From the NCBI RefSeq assembly GCF_041146345.1, contig NW_027191413.1, positions 2,170,001 to 2,234,000 on the forward strand: 64,000 nt of DNA. The letters run 5' to 3'. Source of the DNA: Neodothiora populina. Its lineage: Eukaryota. The position numbers were made by a program, and so were the translations under genes. The stretch's first letter is position 1, and each line of letters opens with the position of its first letter. The notes below the pieces were generated by a model. It was not told the DNA's origin. It did no database searches and was given only the letters and a program-made list of their open reading frames with translations. This document shows, one piece after another, positions 11,868 through 24,698 of this stretch.

Positions 11868-14196
11868 GCAGGTTCGCTTTTAGCGGTATATGATAATCTG
11901 ACGTAGATTGTCATGGTACGGTGGATCTGACCCAGCAAATCCGATGGCTTCCACAATCCATGGTCTCACTTAGATTGATCTGACGTATGTGACATTGCAT
12001 TTGTGCTCAGGACAAAATAATGAGGACCCACGTGTGTTTGTGTGTCTGTGTTTGTGTTGATGTGGGGGCTTTTGTCCAACTGCACTGTCCATCCATAAGA
12101 AGTGAATGTGCTTGGCATCGCATGGAGCTATTTTCGTTAGTGAGCTTCAATGCGTCATAGCCAGACAACATTCCATAAAGACCTGAGAGACCTAAGAGTG
12201 ACAACATAGCCGCAATGGTGCAGAGATGCATGGCACAAGTAAGTCTTATAGAACAAGGAGGACTTGGAGGAGATGGAAATCAAGCTCGAGCTTGCAGATG
12301 GGAAGAGAAGGTCTCGTAAGTCTGCTGCTATTCTTTTCCCTCTATTCTGCAATATCCTACAAAAATAGCAGCTCTCTGCGGACAAGAGTGTCAACCTCGA
12401 AGCGTGAAAGCCTTTCGAGAAAGGAGGCTTTGCCCTGCTTCGCCACCGCGTACACCTCATCGCTGGTGCGCAGCCTCTACACAGCTGTATGGAGGGCTCT
12501 GTGCAGAGACATCGCACCCATAGCTATTGTCCAACTCCCGAATCACCTGGAATCGTTGAGCAGGCCGCGTAGACCCCTGAGAAACAACAGCCCAAACGGC
12601 CCTGGAAGATGCCTTCTCAGTGAGCAGCTATGTTGTCATGTCGACGACGATGACTCGCCCGATGCGCAGCTATCGCACACATGGGCAACGTACGCGACGA
12701 AGAAACGAACAAGTGCCGGAGTCGAATCCAAAACCTCAATGCTAGCGACTGAGATCTCGTCGATGGACAGATAGGTATAGGGCTTCGCTGCTCGAACCGA
12801 CGCCAGCCCTAACTTCTATACTGTGGCTGTCTTCTTGTCATATCTTTTCCTCTGTTTATAGTTCAGAACTACGTCCTCTCTGAACACAGACTACGCGGCC
12901 TAGACACATAAAGTACGTGCACGCCTATCGACGTTTCGCTGCCGCAAGAGGAAGCAGCGCGCAGATGAGCTTTTGCCATTATAGGTCGTTGCCGAACAGG
13001 GCAAGGGCCAAAAGAAGGTTCGCATCAGGGCACAAAGGTATACTCTCATCACCCTTTACCTTCTGACCGAGGCCGCGATCGGAGCATAGTCGTTTCGCGC
13101 GAACGAAAGTAAGGCATCTAGTCATGTAGGGGCAGAAACTACCTCATCGACATCGTAACAGTTTTATCACGAAACCAAGACTTGGAAGAGCGACCGCCGA
13201 GCGCACAAGCACACTACTTATGCTGGCCCAGCACGGCAGATGCCATACATGGTGTACTACTGATTCTCGCCTTGCTGATCTGACAGTATCCATGTATCAT
13301 GAAATGGCCTGCCGTACTGTGCTGTTATTAGAAGTGTTTCTGGGTCAGCATACAGCAAATCCTCACTTCTCGCAGATCGGTAAAGCGGGCACGGATACAT
13401 TGCGTTCATGAACTGCAAACCGTGGAAGTCGGAGGACCGGGAATGATGAAACGCCGCGGTCCGCCAGTCGGCAAGCGTATCCCCTACCGTGCTAGCATGT
13501 CGACTGGCTTAGATTGGCTTCGACTGGATGCACTGATGTCTCAAGGCAGATGGCTCGAGTTGCACAAAGTCTTCTAGGGCTGCACGGATTACCTCTAGGG
13601 CTGAGCTGGGCTGTGCAGGCTCGGACTGCGAACGGTACTTAGTGCAAAGTACAATGCTTCCCCAATCAGAGGCTGTGACGAAGACGGGATAGGAAAGGTG
13701 AGGTGGGAATTGTAAGGTTGATCAAGGACCAGTTGGACAGTGGTAGTGTAGGGTATTATGCGCGTGTGTGTGTGTAAACTTGGACTGTGTGTCGCCGGCT
13801 CCTTCGTTCCCCCCTCGGACTTGGAAACGCCAAACCCTCTCGAGCCCTACCGCCTGCCTGCCTGTGCCATCACCACATGTTCTTCCGCTCTTTCTCATTT
13901 CATCACCTTCCATTTGTAACCCTGACCTTTTCCCATCACTTTTTCCATCGAAACTCATCGTCAAAAACACCCACTTCATCAACTATCTACTGCTCGTTCC
14001 AAGTCCTTTGGTTTTACAACTGCCGAGTCGCTCGTTCAACAAAAATAAATCGTCATCCCAGGTAAAACCCGCTCCGCACCCTAAAAGCCGCCAGGGAAAC
14101 CAGGCTACAGGCCGCGTCAGCCCGCAACGTGCACATCCCTCATACACATATACCATCAATACATATCGCCCACAACATCCAGGAACACCCATCGTC

Positions 14197-15737
14197 ATGG
14201 CCACGGCTCAATTTGCCCAGATGGGCAACATCCAACATGGCATCAAATCCGATCTTGACATGGATACCTTCTTCGACTTCAACCAGAGCACTGCCTTGAA
14301 CTCGCCTGCGACTCCCTCGGCCCCGTCTCGCATCGGGCTCACTCCTCGCCATTCTTCAGACGCATATTCGAACAATGCGCCATCACCATTTGATGCTACT
14401 GAGGAACGTCAGATCTTCGCCGCGCCCAGCCACGAGTACGATCGCTTCACACAGCAGACCGGCTTTCCGGTCGGTCCGGTCGCCTCGATCCCTACCATCA
14501 ACACCGTCTCGGACTCGTTCAACCCGAGCAACGCATTCGTCGGCGGCGGCTTCAACTCTGGTATCGACGACATGTCCGATTTCGGCTTCAACGCATCCTG
14601 GTCTACTGGTTTAGATGTGGATGCCGATGTCAACATGGACTTCAACGCCGTCCCCCAACATCACAACGGCATGCTCTACCCGCCTGCTTTACCTTCCCGA
14701 GCACGCTCCCAAGATTTCGTCGACCCGTCTAGCATTGGAGGCCAGGACGAACGTCAGAGCAACGTTGGCCGACTCTGGCCGGGTATGCACCAGCAGAAGG
14801 CTCAACAAGCGGCCATGGCTAAGGCACAAGCCCAAGCACAAGCCCAGGCTCAAGCTCAGGTCCAGGCCCAGCAACAGAGAATGCACTTCGAAGCACAGGC
14901 ACAGGCACAGGCACAAGTGCAACAACAACAACAACAACAACAGCAACAACAGCAACAAATGCGCATGGCTCAACAACAACAAATGGAAGCCAAACAATCA
15001 GCCGCCAAGAGTCGTGCATCATCATACCAGACGGATGCGCACACCGAAGAAAGCATCTCGAGATTGCTCAACAAGATGCGCCAGAACAGCGCCGTCCCTT
15101 CCATGTCAGGTGATGATTCGCTTGACGGCGGTATGCTCCCCCACGTCAGCCGCATGAGAAAGGAGGAGGAAGAAATGGACGAGGATGAGCGTCTGTTGGC
15201 CAGCGAAGAGGGAAAGAAGCTGAGCAGCAAGGAAAGACGCCAGCTTCGCAACAAGGTCTCTGCGCGTGCTTTCAGATCCCGTAGAAAGGGTGAGTAACAT
15301 AAGCTCGAAACATGCCCATACTCTGTACTGACAATGCGGCGATAGAATACATCTCTCAGCTCGAGGGCGAAGTTGCCGTTAAGACACAGGAATGCAACGA
15401 GGTCAAGCAAGCCAACCGTTCATTGGCAGATGAGAACAGCCGCTACCGCAACCTGATCGAGACTCTGCTCCGCCACCCCGCTTACGCTCCCTTCATCGAG
15501 GATTTTGCCAAGGACCCTGCCGTCGTCAACGCTCCTCTGCACAACCTTGCTCCTACTTCTCTCGCACCTACTCCTGCATCAGCGCAGACCTCTGCTCATG
15601 ACGGCAGTGAGCGTCAATCAGGCATGCCTATGCTCGAGACTCCTGTTGACCTTTCAATGCTGAACCTCAACCACAAGAACAGCTTTGCTGTTCCCAGTAA
15701 CGCGGCCATTGATTTCTCCCAGCCGCGAGGATTCTAA
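14197..15737 (+). CDS. bZIP transcription factor (LziP/ADA-1-like from memory) with (QA)n and polyQ tract; intron 15290-15345
   Basis: Basic region SSKERRQLRNKVSARAFRSRRK|EYISQLE followed by a leucine zipper; first in-frame ATG at 14197. Confidence 0.9.
14809..14981 (+). repeat. (CAAGCC/CAGGCA)n and (CAA)n coding microsatellite giving QA and polyQ
   Basis: Seen directly in the bZIP CDS. Confidence 0.9.
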
Positions 15738-16468
15738 AATAACACATGATTCTTCTGCAGCCGAGAACTTGCTCTCAGTATGCGTCTCATGAAGCAAGAC
15801 TCGGCAAATGCAGAGGATCCGCGCCCTCGTCGATGAATTTATTCGATTCGCAGGCGCTTATACTCTCATACGGGTAATGATTCTTCGAAAAGCCCCTGGT
15901 CACTCCTTGTCGTGCTCTCTTATTTTCTTTGTCATCGGCGCATCGCATCGAAACGTCTTTCCTTTCGGATCGGTGGATTATTACCTTTAGCAGTATCAGA
16001 GACTATTGGTCAGTGTGGAGCTGAGAAGATGGTAGTCTGGAGTTTTTTTGGTTGGTGGTAACTTTGATTCATTGACATTTGTATATATTGTACTCCGTGA
16101 TGGAGTCGACAACGAATTTTGAGCTCTTTATTCTGGAATCGATCATCTTTTGAAATGCCTGTATCGCTTTTCGATCGCCCCTGCGTAATAGCCTTGCTAA
16201 TCGAGGTGTCCAAACTCGTGTCCAAACCGGACGCTACTGAGTAATAACAGCCTCTGTTTGCATTGTTCACGTATAATTCTCCAAGCGCCACCAAAATTTG
16301 TAGAATATCTGGGGTAATGGCGCATCTCTATACGCATCATACAGTATAACCTCGTCAGCATAAATGACAAACTCATCGACTTCTTCACAAGAGTCACATC
16401 GATGCACGACGAGCCTTTAGTCGACCTTGTTCGCACTGCAGCCGTAAGATAGATTTCAAGACGTCAAG

Positions 16469-19400
16469 TTGGCTTCATTCCGCCCATCAGGCAGTCGGCT
16501 CTTCACGACGACGGCAACTCCCCGTTATCGTCTAAGGAAATTATTTCACGACTTCGAAAAGGACGGAAAGGCTGTCGCACCCAAACCACCACGCGCGGAG
16601 ACACATAGAGATCGCTTTGGGACATTTTATCGACCCTTAGGAGACTCGAGGGCTCCCGTTCCGGCAAAGAGGGCATTTGATACATCACAGCGCAGACCGC
16701 AAACCGGTGGCTATCGATTTCACTTCCACGCCACAGAGAGAAAGAGTCCTGTGTATGATTATCCGAAGATACGAGGCGTAGCTCAGAACGTCCAAATCAT
16801 CTTTCCACGATCCGCTCGATATTCGGCTCTGACAAGGAAAGACGACATCATCTGCAGGAACAGAATGCATTCTCACTTCCGCTTCGTCACTTCGCCTACG
16901 GCTGACACCCCGGGGACTACGTTACTACTGCATTTCGACAACAAGAGATACTTGTTTGGAAGCATATCGGAAGGAACACAGAGAGCGCTGGTGCAACAAG
17001 GTGTCAAGACATTGAAGATCTCAGACCTCTTCATTACCGGAAGGTCAGAATGGAGCAATGTTGGAGGCTTGATCGGTATGATCTTGACTCTAGCCGATTC
17101 ATCCTCGTCCAGCGTGACGACAAGCACGGAAGAGCTGAAGAAGAAAATGATTGCCAAGCTCAAGAGAGAGGGACAGACCGATATCAACGAGGCAAAGCTC
17201 GCCGCTCAACTAGCGAAAGAGGTCAAAGAAAAGACACGGCTTCGCATCTTCGGTCCACCGAATCTCAATTACTTGCTCGCCACGGCCAGACGTTTCGTCT
17301 TCCGCAAGGGCATGCCTGTTGATGTTGAAGAGTTCTCGCGGCAGTCTTCGGCGCCCCATGGAGCGGTGCAGAATGGGCCTACCCATAGTGACGACAACAT
17401 TGATGTATGGACCTTGCCAATAGTACCGAGTCCGCCGAAAATTACCACTTCCTCAAACTCCAGCCGCACAGCTAGCCCGCGGAAGCGAAGCTACGACGAA
17501 GTAGATGATTCTCGAGATGGAATCACGAGCACCCTCACTGACAGGGAGAAAACTGCAATGATGGCAAAGTCCGTCGTGTCGGAAATGTTCGAGTCGAGCT
17601 GGCGTCTTGACGCTTTGGTGGAAACGCCAATCAATGAAGTGAGGTTGCCAGCAGCTCTATTCGTTAAGGATCCAGAAACCGGAAAGACTGTCAAGTACAC
17701 CGGACCTATGCCAGGTGGCTCCCAGCCTGTACCTGGTATTAACGTACTGGTTCGTCGACCCTGGCCGGGTGCTCTTGTCGAGTCGCTGCCACCGACAGAG
17801 CCTGCGCGCGAGGCCATCTCATATATCGTCAAACTCCACCGCCAACGTGGCAGGTTTCGACCGCAACGTGCTATAGAGCTCAAGGTGGAGAAGGGTCTGA
17901 AGTGGTCCAAATTGACTAATGGTGAAACCGTGCTAAATGTTGATGGCGAGACCATCACTCCGGACATGGTCCTCGAAGAGGGCAAAGAAGGAAACGCCAC
18001 CGCTATCATTGATCTGCCATCCGAGGAATACGTCGAGTCTCTGGTCAATCGTCCAGAGTGGAAGAATGAGGAAATCATGTCCAATCTCTGTGCTTTCATA
18101 TGGTCTCTCGGTACAGGCGTCGCTGCAAGCCCCAAGCTGAAGCAGTTCATGTCATCGATGGGTCAAGCGCGTCACATCATTGCATCATCAGACGTCTGTC
18201 CGAACAGGATCTCCATGGATTCGGCTGCGGCAGCCACTGTCAGGCTGATGAAAGTGGATCCCGCGAGGTACATCATTCCAGTACATGACCAACGCGAGAA
18301 ACCTCAAATTGGCGACGAAGGCACGATTCTGGCGGATCGGGGGATGATGGTTCAACTCACTCCGACGTTCGAAGTACGAGAGCAAGAATCCAGTCCGTTG
18401 CTGAATATTAACAAGGTTGTGTCTGAAATGGCACCTGATGTCCTCGAGGCTGCTGCCGAAGCACGGAAGAGCATCGAAGACAACAAGGCAGAACTAGACG
18501 ATTGGGCCAGTAGAGTGCCGCAAGGCGACGCCGAGGTCATCACTCTGGGCACGGGATCCGCTCTTCCCTCGAAATATCGCAATGTCTCAGCGACCTTGTT
18601 GCGGGTCCCTGGATGGGGATCTGTGTTACTCGATTGTGGAGAGAACACTCTCGGTCAGCTCAAACGTATGTATACAGAAAGTGAGCTCAGAGATGTATTA
18701 CATGACCTACGGGCTATATGGATAAGCCATATGCATGCCGACCATCACCTTGGTACAGTGTCTGTGATTCGAGCTTGGTTTCAGGCCGTCCACGGCTCTA
18801 TGCCAACATCAGCGCCTTCGCCTCTTGATAACGGATTTGATCCAGCTTCCCTGTTCAAAGATCAAAAACGCCTCGCCGTAATATCAGACGTGCCGATGGT
18901 ACGTTGGCTACACGAGTACAGCAACGTTGAGGACTATGGCTTTTCTCACCTGGCACCATTGATCATCTCACCAGCACGGCCGGCAAGCGGAGTCGTTTCA
19001 GATCTTCAGTGGTTCTTTGCGAACGTCCCCAGCGAAAACCCGACCGCAGACGAACGTAAGCAATACTACGCGATTTGTCTCCGTGCGAAGGTTCCAGCCT
19101 CAGTGGTGGGCTTCGCAGACATCCAAGCCGTTCTGGTCCAGCATTGCCACGGTGCACGCGCAGTCTCCATCACTTTCCCCTCTGGCTTCAAAGCCTCGTA
19201 CTCGGGCGATTGCCGGCCCTCGGAACCATTCTCGGTCATTGGAAAGGGCTCGACCGTGTGTATCCACGAGGCCACCTTCGACGACGAACTCCAGGGCGAT
19301 GCATTAGCCAAGAACCACACAACTACCAGCGAAGCCCTCGGCGTCGCGTTGGCCATGGATGCCAAAGCATGCGTGTTAACGCACTTCAGTCAACGGTACC

Positions 19401-19912
19401 AAAAGGTACCTGTGCTGGAGTATACTGATTCCGATGATGATGCCATCCCGTCGTATGGTAAAGCTACTGGTGGTGTCACTGAAGACGTGTCCACAAACCC
19501 AGACGACGACATGGACGCGCCCATGACCGACGTGCACGAAACTCCTGACGCTGCATCTTCCACTCGCCCCCTTCTCGCAGGACAGGAAGCTGCTGGAAGC
19601 GACGAGGCGGCCGACATCCCGAAGCACTTAACCATCAAGCTGAAAAAGGGCACAGAGATGAAAGTCTGCGTGGCGTTTGATCTGATGAGAGTCAAAGTCG
19701 GAGAGATTGCGCAGCTGGAGAAGATGACGCCTGCATTGATCAAGCTGTTTGCCGCTGAGGAAAAGGAAGAAGAGGTCGAGGAGGGAAATGCCAAGAACAA
19801 TCAGGCTAAGGCAGGAGGTGCTGGTAAAGGCAAGGGAAAGAAGGGCGGCCAGGTCAACGAAGATGGAAGCGGCAAGAAGAACAAAAAGGAGAAGGGTAAA
19901 AGGTTCAACTAG
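16469..19912 (+). CDS. TRZ1: long-form tRNase Z (ELAC2/Trz1); first ATG at 16865, possible TTG start at 16469
   Basis: PTADTPGT and YLFGSISEGTQR in the N-half; LGTGSALPSKYRNVS, LLDCGE, SHMHADHH, YSGDCRP, HEATF and LTHFSQRY in the C-half. Confidence 0.95.
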   Translation: MASFRPSGSRLFTTTATPRYRLRKLFHDFEKDGKAVAPKPPRAETHRDRFGTFYRPLGDSRAPVPAKRAFDTSQRRPQTGGYRFHFHATERKSPVYDYPKIRGVAQNVQIIFPRSARYSALTRKDDIICRNRMHSHFRFVTSPTADTPGTTLLLHFDNKRYLFGSISEGTQRALVQQGVKTLKISDLFITGRSEWSNVGGLIGMILTLADSSSSSVTTSTEELKKKMIAKLKREGQTDINEAKLAAQLAKEVKEKTRLRIFGPPNLNYLLATARRFVFRKGMPVDVEEFSRQSSAPHGAVQNGPTHSDDNIDVWTLPIVPSPPKITTSSNSSRTASPRKRSYDEVDDSRDGITSTLTDREKTAMMAKSVVSEMFESSWRLDALVETPINEVRLPAALFVKDPETGKTVKYTGPMPGGSQPVPGINVLVRRPWPGALVESLPPTEPAREAISYIVKLHRQRGRFRPQRAIELKVEKGLKWSKLTNGETVLNVDGETITPDMVLEEGKEGNATAIIDLPSEEYVESLVNRPEWKNEEIMSNLCAFIWSLGTGVAASPKLKQFMSSMGQARHIIASSDVCPNRISMDSAAAATVRLMKVDPARYIIPVHDQREKPQIGDEGTILADRGMMVQLTPTFEVREQESSPLLNINKVVSEMAPDVLEAAAEARKSIEDNKAELDDWASRVPQGDAEVITLGTGSALPSKYRNVSATLLRVPGWGSVLLDCGENTLGQLKRMYTESELRDVLHDLRAIWISHMHADHHLGTVSVIRAWFQAVHGSMPTSAPSPLDNGFDPASLFKDQKRLAVISDVPMVRWLHEYSNVEDYGFSHLAPLIISPARPASGVVSDLQWFFANVPSENPTADERKQYYAICLRAKVPASVVGFADIQAVLVQHCHGARAVSITFPSGFKASYSGDCRPSEPFSVIGKGSTVCIHEATFDDELQGDALAKNHTTTSEALGVALAMDAKACVLTHFSQRYQKVPVLEYTDSDDDAIPSYGKATGGVTEDVSTNPDDDMDAPMTDVHETPDAASSTRPLLAGQEAAGSDEAADIPKHLTIKLKKGTEMKVCVAFDLMRVKVGEIAQLEKMTPALIKLFAAEEKEEEVEEGNAKNNQAKAGGAGKGKGKKGGQVNEDGSGKKNKKEKGKRFN

Positions 19913-20103
19913 AGAAGATTGAATGACGTTTGTAGTCGAGCGTTTTTGTTCATACATGTCAAGATGTACTTGTACATACATGCAATATACCCTTCTCCTC
20001 CTCTTCCTCGTTCCTCATCTCAATTTCATAGTATCATGAAAAACCACGCCTCCCAACCCCGCAGTGCCCTTCCTCACAACCCCCAAACTGACCTCTACAA
20101 AAT

Positions 20104-21369
20104 TCAATAAAACCCCTCAAAACAATCTACCCTCCCTTTAGCAACCTCCCTCACGACCTCCTCCACGCACTTCTCCGTCGCCCCCTCTCCATGATCATCA
20201 GACCCAGACCCGACAACATCAAAAGCCAACCCCTTAGTCTCCGGCAGCAGAATACATTGCCTGACCACCTCAGCGATGTCCTGTCGCGATATCATCGTCG
20301 TGATGTGCACTTTGCCCGCCTGGACCTTGCCTGTTTCCGGGCTATTGGTCAGGCCGCCTGGGCGGATGATACTGTTGTTTTCGAGGATTAGTCTCAGGTC
20401 AGTGGAAGTTGTGATGAGAAAGCAGGGGATAGGGAGGTGAAAGGATCTGCGCTTACGTGTATTCTAGACCTCGGCGCGCGTTGTTCGTTACCAGGTCTTT
20501 GTCGGCGGCGAGTTCTGTGTTTCGTCCGTTATTAGTAGGGTAGCTCACTAAGCTCGAGTCTTGTTCTTTTTCCTTTCCCGTCGACACGGGAAGCAATGTT
20601 CATCTGCATATTGCTCTCGAACAGGACAAGATATGACCAATCGAACCTCCCGACCACAAAAGGGGAGAGAAATAACATACTAGCTTCAAGAAAAGGCTCA
20701 ATAACGCCCCACACCCGTCCGCTCATCGTCTTGTCCTTTTCGTCATACCACTCCGGGACAGGCTTACGCGCTCTGTCTCGCACGTCTAGGGCGCTCACGA
20801 TGATGAAGCGCTTGCAAGTTGTCTTCGCGGTTGCGTTCATTGATTTTATGGCGCCTTGACGTGTTAGTACATCTCTGTCTTGTTCTCTTACTTAAGTTCA
20901 TAGGAGAAAGAGCGAATAGTGGAAGGAGTAATTAGTGAGCGACCAAATCAAGAATTGACATGCCCAGTCACTCGCTCACACAGTCTATCTCTCCCCGACC
21001 CAACCACAAGGAACAGGCAAAGAAAGACATAAGACACCAAAACTAACCATCACGATCTACACTCCCCGTCCGCTCCGGGTTCCCCCCACCCGCCCCAGCA
21101 GCCCAAACCACAATATCAGCGCCCACATCCTCGATCACACGAACCAGATCATCTTCGCTGGCACTCTCGATATCCTGAACGATTGGTGCTGCGCCTAGTG
21201 CTTTGATCTCTGAGACTTGGTCTGGGTTGCGGATTATGGAGTGGACTTTGAAGGCTGCATGAGAGCCAGAGGAGGAGGAGGAGGAGGAGGTTAATTTGGT
21301 AGTCAGGTGGCGTGCTACTTTGCCCGAGCCGCCGAAAATTAGGACCGTCGTTGGTGAGGTGGTCGACAT
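20104..21369 (-). CDS. NAD(P)-binding Rossmann protein (YMR090W/NAD_binding_10-like), 4 exons
   Basis: VLIFGGSGKVAR, VVWAAGAGG, VDRDG|AIK, RFIIVSALD, YT|IIRPGGL, ISRQDIAEVV; three GT-AG introns. Confidence 0.85.
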
Positions 21370-21866
21370 GCTACAGTGGTTATTTTATGGGAGGTGGGAG
21401 TTGTTGCTTCGAAGGTCGAGTGGTAGGGTGATATGTTGAAAAGTGATTCCGGCTGTCTACTTGGATGCTGTAACGTTGGATTGTTTTGGCACTCTCTCAA
21501 TTATTCCAAAGAGATCATAACTGCTACTATACAAAGGAGTATATAATAAGATAAGGTACGTATGGTCATGCAGCGTGACGTCTACTATGACTGAGATGCG
21601 CACGGTCAGCTTGGTTCGGCTATAGTATGGACAGGGTCGCTGTCGAAAGCTAATACACAGCACCGAGGATACGAGACAAATATGTCGTAAATAATCATTC
21701 TGATATTCTATTTGTTTCTGGTCTACTGCTCTTGAATCAGTCAAGTTACAACATAATTACAATTGAGGGAGAGGGTATGAACGTCTCTTCTGCACCACCG
21801 TTCGACAGGATTTGGCATCGAAGTTCATCCCGGCAAAACGACTGCAAGTACGGCGTCGACATGTGT

Positions 21867-24698
21867 CTATTGTCCATAGTATCGCCATTTCAATGGCTCA
21901 TCCAGCTTTCGTAGTCCCGTGACCGTAACAACCTGCTCATCATCTGGCATGACATCCAGACAGCTGTCATCTACAAGCACACCTTCGCGCTCTTCAAACA
22001 CCAAACCCTTGACAGGCTTTTTGGCCGCGACTGTGATCTTGCCATATTTGAAGCCAACTTTGACCCCTCTATCCGACAAGTCAAGATACTTCAGAGGTTG
22101 TGGCCAGTCGGAATCACGAGACATAAGCTCTCCACCAACCCAGATTCTTGCTGCCAGTACATGTGGCTCTTCCTTCTGGTTGTCGATCACACCCTTGAAG
22201 ACATCTGTCGTCCCATTTGCGGCTATCTCAACATCCTTCCTGACTAGTTTCGTCTTGATCTCCTTGCCCGTCGCGATCGACAGAAACCTGATTTCCACCG
22301 TTGCAGCCACCGTGTGTGTCTTGCTGCTGACTACCCAGCATTCGTAGTCGCTCGTTGGTGCTGGACGAGCATGCACAACACTCCAATCGTGATGAGAGCG
22401 CTTCACGCCGATAGCTATTGGTGCAAGAACCCGGCGCATCGCATAGTATGCAGGCTTCTTGCGCAAGAAATAGTCGATGATCGCCCATGATGTTACCGGC
22501 CAGCAATCGTTGAGCTGCCAGACAAGAGCACCTCCGCAATGTCTCTTCTTACCCCATTGCCGTCTCCATCCACGATATCCATACATCAGTGCTTCTGCCT
22601 GACTGAGCTGTGTGAGATGAATGAATGCTTCGAGGTCAGTTTGTGTACGAAAGTTCTCAACCAAGTAAGTGGCGATCCGTCGCTCGTGTCCGGATGCTTT
22701 GTTGTGAAAGTCCATCATATGAGACTGCGGGTACATTTGTGTCGGGTCTGTGACAAAATACCTGATTGTATCGATGTGCGGAAAGGCTTCCATGCCAAAC
22801 TCGGAGTTGAAACGGCCACCTAGTGTGTCGAAGATTTGGTACTTCTCTTGGGTTCCGTGCCATACATTCCATTGATGCATGTCACCAACAGTCGGATCTG
22901 AAGTAACGCGTCCATCGCCCCAAGGAGATCCTGGATGATAGGGAATATGAGGAGAATGAGCTGCGACCGCCTCGGGCAGGATCTGGAAAAAGGACCGTCA
23001 GCACATGCCAAAGTCGCCAGCAGCAATATAAACACCTTTTCATATATGTATCTTGCTGGGAAGTCGGTTTTCAACCAGTTGTCTGGGTCTTTGTCTTCGT
23101 AGTCATAGGACAAGCCGAATTGCTCTTGTACTTGGTAGTCCTCGTTGTTGCCAGCATATATAGCAATTGAGGGATGATGTCGCAATCGCTTAACTTGAGC
23201 AACAGCTTCAGCCTCGATGGACTTCAATATACTGAGGTAGGCTGGCACAGATTAGTGACTTGATACGTATTTGAGAGGCGCGGAACTGACCAGGGTAATT
23301 GCCACAACCAAACATAAAATCTTGCCATACAAGTATACCCAGCTCATCGCAGATCTCGTAGAAGATGTCTGCCTCCCAGATTCCACCTCCCCACACCCTT
23401 GCACATTTCGTCAGACAGGGGTCCTCGAACAATGTAATGGCCGGGAGACTTACCTGATCATGACTTGGTTACCGTCCACCAGTGTCTGCAGCCACTGCTT
23501 GTATCGCTGGTCTGAAATGCTCGGCGTGAAACTGTCCGCCGGGATCCAGTCCGACCCACCACAGAAGACGTCGACGCCATTGATCCTGAAGAAGAAAGTC
23601 TTGCCCACTTCATCAGGTTCTTGCACCAATTGACCGTGGCGAAAACCGGTCTTCTTTGAGACCGTATGTATATCGCGTTTCCCAGAAACAAGAGATACTT
23701 GGACAGTATATAGGGGCTGCTCACCATAGCCATGAGGATACCACAATTTGACTTTATCGAGACCAAATTTTGTGTTCGCCGTCCGATCAGTAGCAATCTC
23801 CGTAGTCTGCTCGAATACAACCTCATTGGCAAAAGCGACCGAGAACTTGACCGAATCGCCAGCATGCCCTTCGATAGGGGCAGTTATGTGGCCAATGACG
23901 GACTTGAGATCCTCCGCTACGCTGTAGTCGACTCGAACATCGGAGATGCGAGCATGGTACGTCTCAACGCGTACTGGCTTCCACGGACCACAAGTCATCA
24001 GAACTGGACCCCAGTCCCAACCCCTAGCTGTGGTCAACAAGATTGAATTGCTACAGAGTATGGTCCACTTACCAATGGTACTGTGCCTTTCTGACAGCCA
24101 GCCTCGCTGTCTCACCGTTAAAACCAACCCACTTGTGTTCCGGATGAGCGTCTTTGATCTTACGAGCCTCCAAAAAAGCCGAAGCGAAATCGATTTCGAG
24201 AATGTTGTCACCACCTTCTTTGATCCTAGTCGTCACATCGACTCTGTGCGGTATGAACATATTATCAGTTTTGAGGATGCACTCTCCGTTGAGCTTCACA
24301 GTTGCGAAAGTGTCGAGTCCTTCGAAGACGACTTCGTGTATCTCGCCATCTCCCGTTGTCGAGACCGCAGGTAGCTTGGTCCTGTAAGTCCAACATTTTT
24401 CTGCTACCCATTGACAATCGAGTTCGTTGAAGCCTTTGAACGGGTCGAGGATTCTTCGCAAAGGCAATCAGCACTGGTATAGTATGTCGGACATTGCTAG
24501 AGTTTCATCACACTTTTCATTCGCTAGAAGATCCAGGTGCACATTGGTTGGAATACGCTTGACGGGTAGCCATTCCTCAGTATCAGTTTGTTTGAACTCC
24601 CAGCCATGGCTCAAAGCATGAGTGACGGTGGGTTTCGTTGCATGCTTGACTAATTCCCAGTTGTCCGCCAAGCCGTTTGTGGCAGATGAAGTTTTCAT
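21867..24698 (-). CDS. GH2 beta-mannosidase (intracellular MndB type), multi-exon
   Basis: [83 protein letters not shown]; no signal peptide. Confidence 0.92.

Noticed and set aside
12226..12774. 182-aa ATG ORF in the DUF2235-bZIP gap
   Set aside because: S/R-rich random-looking composition with no motif or convincing splice structure.
12807..12813. CCCTAAC as a telomerase template
   Set aside because: Only 7 nt, frequent by chance and partly within a predicted stem.
15240..15737. HAC1-type Ire1 intron in the bZIP gene
   Set aside because: The intron is canonical GT-AG, the basic region is not HAC1-like and no paired CNG'CNGN loops are evident.
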